Assembly: GCA_951406725.2 (NCBI GenBank)
Contig: OX597815.1
Coordinates: 195,982,001 to 196,046,000, forward strand
Length of the DNA: 64,000 bases
Origin: Octopus vulgaris
Lineage: Eukaryota
Reading direction: 5' to 3'
In this document: positions 54,685 to 64,000 of the stretch, piece by piece
How positions within the stretch are numbered: the first letter of the stretch is position 1
How the letters are laid out: each line of letters starts with the position of its first letter
Made by a program: the position numbers and the translations under genes
Notes under the pieces: generated by a model
Database searches by the model: none
What the model saw: the letters and a program-made list of their open reading frames with translations, nothing else
Told to the model about the DNA's origin: nothing

Positions 54685-54699
54685 TGTGTGTATGTATAA

Positions 54700-54942
54700 A
54701 GGAGCACTGCGTCGGTTGCGACGACGTGGGTTCCAGCTAATTCGACCAGCGGAACAGCTTGCTCGTGAAATTAACGTGGAAGTGGCTGAGCATTCCACAG
54801 ACACGTGTACCCATAACGCAGTTCTGGGGGAGATTCAGCGTAACACTGAGTGTGACATGGCTGGCTCCTTTGAAATACAGGTACAACTCATTTTTGCCAT
54901 CTGAGTGAACTGGAACAACGGGAAATAAAGTGTCTTGCTCAA
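54700..54942 (-). mobile_element. Headless family-C-like SINE with a third tail type
   Basis: Minus strand ttgagcaagacactttatttc.cgttg.tccagttcactcag.tggcaaaaatgagt, then sequence unrelated to the other C tails. Confidence 0.7.
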
Positions 54943-54956
54943 CATTGGCAAAAGCA

Positions 54957-55386
54957 TACTCTTTACTCTTTTACTTTTTTACTTGTTTCAGTCATTTGAC
55001 TGCGGCCATGCTGGAGCACCGCCTTTAATCGAGCAACTCGACCCCGGGACTTATTCTTTTGTAAGCCCAGTACTTATTCTATCGGTCTCTTTTTCCCGAA
55101 CCGCTAAGTAACGGGGACACAAACACACCAGCATCGGTTGTCAAGCAATGCTAGGGGGACAAACACACTCACACAAACACACACACGTATATATATATAT
55201 ATATATATAGAGATACATATATACGACGGGCTTCTTTCAGTTTCCGTCTACCAAATCCACTCACAAACTTTGGTCGGCCCGAGGCTAAAGCAGAAGACAC
55301 TTGCCCAAGATGCCACGCAGTGGGACTGAACCCGGAACCATGTGGTTGGTAAGCATCCTACTTACCACACAGCCACTCCTGCGCCT
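54957..55386 (-). mobile_element. SINE family A, full length
   Basis: Intact A and B boxes and tail. Confidence 0.92.
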
Positions 55387-56016
55387 ATACCTTTAGTTCC
55401 TTTAAGTGATTTCTAACATTATATAAAATTCGACCTTTGACTATCTTCTCACATTTCACTTCCACTAAATATATCTGCTTCCATACATTTAAGCTTTATT
55501 CCTATTTACCTATCGCTCTATATGTCTCCACTATTAGTTTTCTGCTAATTTCTTTCTATAAACTACCTTTGACGTTATATCTATTAACGGTGTTTTTAAA
55601 AACTAAAAATTTGCTAGCGTTCCCTTCATCATATACGCACTCATCACATTCTGTTGAAACGTCTTATTGATGTGTTTGCTTTCTTTCTTTCCCTGATGAG
55701 AAGGTTGCATTGTTTTGTAACATTTCATTCCTTCTGGAATAATAGCAATGTTTTCTTTGAATCTCATGTCGGAAGTAAAAAAAAATTGAATAAAACCTGC
55801 GTTTAAATGCAGTTATTTATTTATCTATATTATACAAAAACATTTCACCTACACCTGGAGTTTCTACCTTTATAAGTAGGCTGTTACATCCTTGGTACTT
55901 GTGTGATTTTTTTGCTACCCTGGTAAATATATATTTTTTTCCGTGTTATTTGTAAACATTGGAAAAATTCACAAACATATATATACATACATACATTTAT
56001 ATGTATGTATATACAT

Positions 56017-56047
<31 letters not shown>

Positions 56048-56127
56048 CATACATTTATATGTATGTATATATATATATATATACATACATTTATATGTAT
56101 GTATATATATATATAAACATTTATATG

Positions 56128-56165
<38 letters not shown>

Positions 56166-56209
56166 CATACATTTATATGTATGTATATATATATATACAC
56201 ATTTATATG

Positions 56210-56251
<42 letters not shown>

Positions 56252-56937
56252 TATATTGAACATAAATATTTAAGTTTATTAATAAATCCATATATATCAC
56301 TATGTGCCTATATGTAACTAAACATGTGTGGATGTTTATATCGATATATATATATTGTTTTGCATGAATGTACATGTATATATATTCATGAGCATATATA
56401 CATATGGAAATATATGTACATACATATATTATTTTACATCCATATTTATGTAAGTGCATATATTTACTTGTTTATATATACGTATACATACACACCTACA
56501 TTCATATACTTATAATATGAATAATATATATATATATAAAAATGCATATATACATACGTACATGTACCTAATTACATATATACGTATATATATGCGTATG
56601 TGGGCAGAGGACGTCATGAAAAGTGTACAAGATAAAAATACGAAGTACGAGTACATGGAATATGAACTATTTTTTTCGAACAACGAAAGGCACAAATGGA
56701 AAAGAAGACAAACAACATAAAGGACGACGATTCCTAAGTTGTTGACTGTTTTTCTAGTCTCGTATTTCGAGCATTTAACAACAATATACGCTTTCGATGA
56801 AACAGTTGCTCCGACAAAGCAAATTAAATAGAATTTGGGATTTTGTGGAGGGTCAAAATTGGTAACACAAACAGGAGAGTGAAAACAAACAGGAAGGGCT
56901 GCTAAGCTCAAACGAGTTTGCAATATACATACATACA

Positions 56938-57018
<81 letters not shown>

Positions 57019-57040
57019 ATATATATATATGTGTGTGTGT

Positions 57041-57209
57041 GGAGGCGCAATGGCCCGGTCGTTAGGGCAGCTGATTCACGGTCGTAGGATCGCGGTTTCG
57101 ATTCCCAGACCGGGCGTTGTGAGTGTTTATTGAGCGAAAACACCTAGAGCTCCTCGGGGCTCCGGCAGAGGGTGGTGGTGATCTCTGCTGTACTCTTTCG
57201 CCACAACTT
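57041..57209 (+). mobile_element. tRNA-Arg-like SINE, family D, 5' part
   Basis: ggaggcgcaatggccc...gtttcgattccc...actctttcgccacaactt; homologous to 58656-58958 and 61509-61819. Confidence 0.8.
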
Positions 57210-58655
57210 CGGCGTCTGAGCAGGTATCGTCATGACATCTTTCTCTGTCATGGACAATATGACGACCACACGCTACACACCTTCCTGTTATAAGCAGCAG
57301 AAGTAAGCTAGGATGTGAAAACTTAGTGCGCATGCACAACAGGGTTCAAGGTCATTCTTTGCGGAGTGACTTCACTCTTCGTGCTTTAGATTCGTTACTA
57401 TGGCAACAATCCGAATACTTATTGATCAGACCTAAAAAAATATGTATATATACATATATATATATATACATAAGTATATTTATCAATATATATGTGTGTT
57501 TGCGTATGCAAGCACACTTGTTTGTCTAGGTTAATATTCATTCAGTCGGATATATCAAATGAAATTGGAATTTATTGTGACAATTTTGGATGAAATTGTT
57601 TGTGTCTGCTATTAAAATTCCAATCGTTAAATGTATTTTCACTGCTGGGATGAATTTAAGAGAATTGTCTATTATCATATATTTTTTTCACTTTGAAGTT
57701 ACGCAATTTTCTTTGCAGACTTTCCCACGAATCCTTGAAGGATATAAGAAACATCGCCCCATACGATTTCATTCGTGATTCAATATTCTTCAATCCTTCT
57801 TATCCCTTAGATGTTTTGACACTGAGCCAACGTGCAAAACAATAAAGTCCATGAGTTATTTATAGCACCCTTTACTGAACGGTAGGCATATGTCATTTTG
57901 GTCGTGAGAACACATGCGAATACAATTCATCCCCCTTAGTTTTCTGTACTCCCCAGTTTATTTCTCCTTCAGCCCTACCCTCTCCTTCACTTTGCCCATC
58001 TATGTGCGTCATTCATCACTATTTGTGAATGAATATATGAGCATTTGGCAAAACTTGTCGCAACATTCTATGATAAAATTTGTGTTTTTGAATAGTAAAC
58101 AGCAACCTTTCTACAAAGACAAAGGAATTTCTTCTGTCGAAGCTACGGATAGGGTGCTATGACTTCATTACCTAGGCACCGCTCTTTCTAACTCTTTCCC
58201 CCGACCAACCTTTGCCCTAGTTTTGTTTCTCTTACTCCGCCTCTTTCTCTTTCTCTCTCCATCTCTCTTCTTCCTTCTCACGTTCTTTCTCTTTTTAGTT
58301 TAGTTTCACTATGGCATTCTGTAACTCTTAATCTTACCCATGCTTTCCTTTACTCATATACAAGAATTCCTGCATGTATATTACAATATATGTGTGTGTG
58401 AAGTATATTTGCCACATAAATGTGGCTAACCACTAAGGGTGGATGCTACTGTAGCTTGTAGCTCCAGAAGAACATCTCCAGCTGGCTATTAGCACTTTCT
58501 GTGCCCTATCAGTATTTGCAAAGGGAAGCCATCCTTCCCATCGTCGACCTGACGTAATACGCACGGACCCGTCGTTAGCACACGACAATCACCGGTCTTC
58601 GATGCAAAGGGGTCCCAATGCAAATACATATATCCTTTTTCCAGTGATGAAAAGT

Positions 58656-58958
58656 CAGGCACATGGCCTAGTGGTTACAGCAGCGGACTCGCGCTCGAGG
58701 GATCGCGGGTTCGAATCTCAGACCGAGCGATGTGTGTGTTTATGAGCGAAATACTTAAGCTCCACGCGGCTCCGGCAGAAGGTAATGGCGAACTTCTGCT
58801 GACTCTTTCGCCACAACTTTCTCTCACTCTTTCCTCCTGCATCTTGCAACTCACCTGCGACGGACCGGCGTTCCGTCCAGGTGGGGGACCTATACGCCAA
58901 GAAAACCGGGAAACCGGCCCTAATGAGCCAGGAATGGCTTGAGAAGGAACAAACAACA
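58656..58958 (+). mobile_element. tRNA-Arg-like SINE, family D, full length
   Basis: A box tggcctagtgg, gactcg anticodon-like loop, B box ggttcgaatct, 3' cctgcgacggaccggcgttccgtccag shared with family C. Possibly related to the octopus OR SINEs (not verified). Confidence 0.85.
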
Positions 58959-59496
58959 ATATATATATATGTATATATATATATACTATTATCGTTCCTG
59001 TATTTTTAAGCTGAAACTGAAAAGGATAAAAGATATGTAGTGTTTGTGTATGGTTATTTTTATCATAAAATATGAGTGTATATGCATATGGGTGCGAATA
59101 TATATACATTTAGTTTTGCGTATTCTGTGCATACATAGACATATGTCAAAGTTGTTTGAGTTTATGCATATGTTTTTGTGTGCTGTAGATCTATTTACAT
59201 GTTTGATTACTTGTGGTTGTGTATGGAATAAAGTAAGACATTAAAAATGTCCTGTTCATGATAATATAGGTTTCTGTGTCAATTTCATTACGAATTTTAA
59301 GTTGTATCAAATGTTGCTGTAATTGTTTGGGATAGGACATGATTTATACATATAAACATAAGGAGCGTGTTAGGAATGACCCATTTGTGGATAGTACTCA
59401 AGTCAAAACCTGATGCATTTGAGTGTGTTTGCACTGGGATGTATATCTAAATTCAATTAATATATCAATCAACCAATCTCTCTCTCTCTCTCTCTT

Positions 59497-59567
<71 letters not shown>

Positions 59568-59623
59568 GTTTTTGGATTTGGTTGGCAAGATTCTTTATAT
59601 GAGTTCGTGTGTTGAAGTATATT

Positions 59624-59932
59624 CTGTTGAGTCTGGGGAGAGTCATTTTCTTTTAATGCCTTATAATGTAACACACTCACCGGTAAATTTTCCACTTATT
59701 TCTTATTTTTATTTTCCCAAAATTTTCGTTGCCTCTTGCAACTTTTTCAATAGTCATTACTCTGTCTGTTATTTACACATCGTTCCTTGGACAGAGTCAA
59801 GGCTATTGAAAAGGTTGCAAGACACAACGAACATTTTAGGAAAATAAAAATAAGAAATAAGTGGAAATTTTACCGGTGAGTGTGTTACATTATAAAACAC
59901 AAAAAGAGAATGACTCTCTCCAGACACAGCAG
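59624..59932. mobile_element. Fold-back MITE with inverted arms of about 143 bp
   Basis: 59624-59767 and 59790-59932 are reverse complements around a spacer of about 22 bp; TA-rich flanks. Confidence 0.85.
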
Positions 59933-60003
59933 TATATCTGTGTGTGTTTGTATGTGTATGTATACACACAGATACACACACATATACACACACATATACA
60001 CAC

Positions 60004-60200
60004 AAAGTTTTCTGAAATGTTCCTGGTTTTAAGGCTATCGAGAAAGGCTTGGCTGGATGGCCTACTTCCGAGTTCTTTTAGAGGACTTTGATAAATTGGA
60101 GGGTTGCTGCAATAAATGTGTGAATCTGAGAGTGGAATATGTTGAATAATGTCCTAGGTAACAGATCCTCGTATTTTATTTCTACCAAAGCGAAGAATAT
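60004..60200 (+). mobile_element. Mariner-derived MITE retaining the transposase C-terminus
   Basis: WLDGLLPS / DKLEGCCNKCVNLRVEYVE* resembles the mariner ending KL..RW.KC....G.YVE; TIR-like ctgaaatgttcctggttttaagg. Confidence 0.65.
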
Positions 60201-60399
60201 GCGTCTGATATGCGTCTAAATATGTACGTATATGGAATGCGTTGTCTTCCGCTCTTTCTCTCTATCTCTCCCTTACTCTATCTCCTTTTCTCTCTATCAT
60301 TCACCCTCAATCTCTCTCTGCGCTTAGCGTCTCTCCACAATCACTCATATATGGAAATTTGAGTATGCATGTAGATATACACTAATACACTACCACACC

Positions 60400-60531
60400 G
60401 AAACTTGCTTCCCAATCACATGGTTCTGTGTTAAATTCCACTGCATGGCACCTTAGGTGTCTCCTACTATAGCCTCGGGCCGATCAAAGCCTTGTGAGTG
60501 GATTTGATAGAGGGAAACTGAAAGAATCCCA

Positions 60532-60571
<40 letters not shown>

Positions 60572-60830
60572 ATGCATGTATGTATGAATGAATGGATGGA
60601 TGGATATATTGATGTCTGTCTATCTTTGTGTCTGTTTTTGTACCCCCACTACTTGACAACCGATGTTGGTGTGTTTACGTCCTCGTAACTGGCAGTTCGG
60701 CAAAAGATAGAATAATAAGTATTAGGTTTACGATGAATAAGTCCTGGAATCGATTTCTTCGGCTAAAACCCTTTAAGGCACTGCTCCTGCATGGCCACCG
60801 TCAAATGACTATAAGTAAAAGAATAAAGGA
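60400..60830 (+). mobile_element. SINE family A, diverged
   Basis: Homology to 25442-25865. Confidence 0.85.
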
Positions 60831-60876
60831 ATATGTGTATGCGTATATATGTATATAATATATATATATATATATA

Positions 60877-61170
60877 TTAAAAATAAATAAAACATGCATA
60901 TATACATACATATATGTACGTACCTACCTCTACATGTATATATATACATGCATATATGGGTACAGGACACCAAACAAATGTCCATTTCCTTGGTTTTGTG
61001 TTTATGTTTTAGTTTCTCATTGTGTTCGACGTTTTTTTGGTGCCCTGTACCCATATATGCATGTATATATACATGTAGAGGTAGGTACGTACATATATGT
61101 ATGTATATATGCATATGTTTTATTTATTTTAAATTTATTATATGACGGAACGCACGCAGTAAGATTGTCC

Positions 61171-61175
<5 letters not shown>
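60877..61175. mobile_element. PLE-like fragment family H3 forming a 105-bp inverted repeat
   Basis: Arms 60877-60982 and 61028-61132, flanked by (TA)n. Confidence 0.7.
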
Positions 61176-61218
<43 letters not shown>

Positions 61219-61508
61219 TTAAATTTGTTACAGCATGTTTGAATAGCGAAGGAACTTCGTTATATATTCCTCAGCATTTTGGCATTTCAATTGTAATTTG
61301 CCATGACTTTCGGTCGATCCATGCTTTTAAAATGTAATCAGATATACGGAATGTGTGGAGACGTGCATCCGATATATAACGATAACAATATAAAGGCTAA
61401 CCTACAACAAACGTTTCGACAACGCTGCTGTGTCTGCCTTACGCTAAATTTATAAATCATCTAGAAGCTTTCAATTTCAACCATTTAGACACTACAAGAA
61501 ATAGTAGA

Positions 61509-61819
61509 GGAGGCGCAATGGCCAGTGGTTAGGGCAGCAGACTCGTGGTCGGACGATCGGGGGTTTCGATTACCAGACCGGGTGTTGTGTGTGTTTATTG
61601 AGCGAAAACACCTAAAGCTCCACGAGGTTCTGGCAGGGGGTATTGGCGACCCCTGTTGTACTCTTTCGCCCCAACTTTTTCTTACACTTTGTTTTTGTTT
61701 CTTGGGTAATGATGCGATGGACTGGCATCCCGTCCAGCTGGGGGGAACAAATACGCTACAGAAACGGGGAAAACCGGGCCCATGAGCCTGGCTAGGCTTG
61801 AAAAGCGCGCTGAAGAAAA
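61509..61819 (+). mobile_element. SINE with a family D head and a family C tail, with TSD
   Basis: TSD aaatagtagag at 61499-61509 and 61820-61830. Confidence 0.88.
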
Positions 61820-62250
61820 AAATAGTAGAGCCGATAGAGCTACGGAATAAAAGTAATCATCGAAACAGTCGGTGATCCGTTACTTCTACTACTTAAAAAA
61901 CGTAACTAATGAATAATAATTTATGTAATTAATGTATGTGGGAGTGTTTACATAATACACAGCTCATGCAGCTGTTTGGAAAAATCGAATATTGATTATG
62001 TATTAATATGCACCTCGATCTACACCTTCAGAAATATATATATGATATAGGACACCCACATCTCTAGATGATGTTTCCTTTGTTTATTACTTTTAGAATA
62101 TTTAAAATGAATTTCGCTATTTATAGAAACAATTAAACGAGTAGATACTGGTTATATGCGTTCAGTTCAACTACGTACGATGATGTATGTATATATATGT
62201 AGTTTTCATTGTGTTTAATTCCGGATGTTACATTTTCGCTTCGTATCTAC

Positions 62251-62342
<92 letters not shown>

Positions 62343-62510
62343 TTCATCGTGTTTAATTCCGGATGTTATATTTTCGCATAGTAAGAGTAAACAAGAGAGA
62401 CAGAGAAAGGCAGAAACAAGGAATATGTCACTTATATTTGAACACCATACAAATATTCTTTTAAAAAAACTTTTCTTTTAATTTTTCTAAATTTAATTAT
62501 TTGATTGTTA

Positions 62511-62546
62511 CAGTTGAAAAAGTCTCAATGACTGAAACCGGTACTG
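62511..62546 (+). ncRNA. Degenerate minimal hammerhead motif
   Basis: CAG-TTGAAAA-AGTC-TCAAT-GACT-GAA-ACCGGT-A-CTG: all three stems are present and the CUGANGA box has two substitutions. Confidence 0.5.
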
Positions 62547-62594
62547 AAATGTTTTTTATAAAATTATCTTAGCATTTTCTACCCTGACTTGTTT

Positions 62595-62640
<46 letters not shown>

Positions 62641-62846
62641 CTTTATTAGCCACACAGGGTTGCACAGACACACACACACACACACACACATAGAGATACA
62701 TAGATTGATGTCCAAATACGTATATAGGTATACATAGATATTTGTATACAGGTGTTTTTATGCTTATATATACGCCTGTATGTGTGTTTATATATGTATA
62801 TATAAGTATGGTATGTGTGTGTTTGTATATGCATGCATATATATAC

Positions 62847-62932
<86 letters not shown>

Positions 62933-62945
62933 CATACACACATAC

Positions 62946-62976
<31 letters not shown>

Positions 62977-63045
62977 TGTATATAAGTATATATATATGTA
63001 TGTATATATATATATATATATATATATACATAAATACACACATAC

Positions 63046-63083
<38 letters not shown>

Positions 63084-63599
63084 ATTTACATGTATATAGT
63101 TTTCAGGTTTTTCTTCTGGGTACATTGGTCTCCATCTTTTTTACTTTTTTATGTCGTGGTATTCCCAATAGACAGATATTCCCAGTGAATGTGCAGGCTC
63201 TTATAACCTATATTTTACCTCTTTTTCTCCCCATTCAAATTAGGCACAACAGATACCGCTACAGCCGTTCATTGTGTATCTTTGCTTCGCATCTCTTGGA
63301 GCTACTCTCACATACTCTTCCCTTAAACGCGTTGACCTGATCTTTATCTCGCACTGAAGTTTCACGAATCATTGCATTATTATCTTCCCTATTCATATTT
63401 ATAAAATATAATCTCAACAAGACATATAAGTTTATATTCTGTTTTCCACGATGGAAGATGGACTTGCACGATTTTCTAGGACAGTGGGTCTATTCACTTA
63501 TAAGATTCTGTTGTTGAAATTTATCTGCAGTGAATTTGTTATACTTCTACAGTACACAAAATATTTTACTAATTTTTAAAATACAATTCTTAATAATAG

Positions 63600-63835
63600 T
63601 CTTTTACTCTGTTATTCTTTTACTTGTTTCAGTCATTTGACTGTGGTCATGCTGGAGCACCGCCTTTAGTCGAGCAAATCGACCCCAGCACATATTCTTT
63701 GGAAGCCAAGTACTTATTCTATCGGTCTCTTTTGCCGAAACGCTAAGTTACGGGGACGTAAACACACTAGCATCGGTTGTCAAGCGATGCTGTGGGTGGG
63801 GGGCTAACACAGACACACAAACATATACACACATA

Positions 63836-63891
<56 letters not shown>

Positions 63892-64000
63892 CGACGGGCT
63901 TTTTTCAATTTCCGTTTACCAAATCCACTCACAAGGCTTTGGTCGACCCGAGGCTATAGTAGAAGACACTTGCCCAATGTGCCACGCAGTGGGACTGAAC
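63600..64000 (-). mobile_element. SINE family A, cut by the window end
   Basis: Homology to 54957-55386. Confidence 0.9.

Noticed and set aside
58656-58730. tRNA genes at SINE heads
   Set aside because: A and B boxes are present but there is no complete cloverleaf, and each continues into a repeat body.

Overview
AT-rich, microsatellite-dense eukaryotic DNA made almost entirely of interspersed repeats. The SINE repertoire points to an octopus genome (inference from sequence recognition, not a search). No host protein-coding exon can be supported, and nearly all ORFs in the supplied track are translations of simple repeats. Recognisable content: a 5'-truncated CR1-type LINE with an RT domain (7576-9930), two decayed maT-type transposons, an internally deleted mariner and two mariner-derived MITEs, a fold-back MITE, four non-autonomous Helitrons, about 30 tRNA-derived SINE copies or fragments from several modular families, Penelope-like (PLE) RT and GIY-YIG remnants, and long micro/minisatellites. 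The most interesting signals are (1) several minimal type-I hammerhead ribozyme motifs with covarying stems in short non-coding PLE-like elements, mostly sitting in (TA)n tracts and some with inverted ends, (2) a 3' stem-loop tail shared between the CR1 LINE and the dominant SINE, and (3) an unclassified 850-bp element with direct repeats plus an inverted tip.
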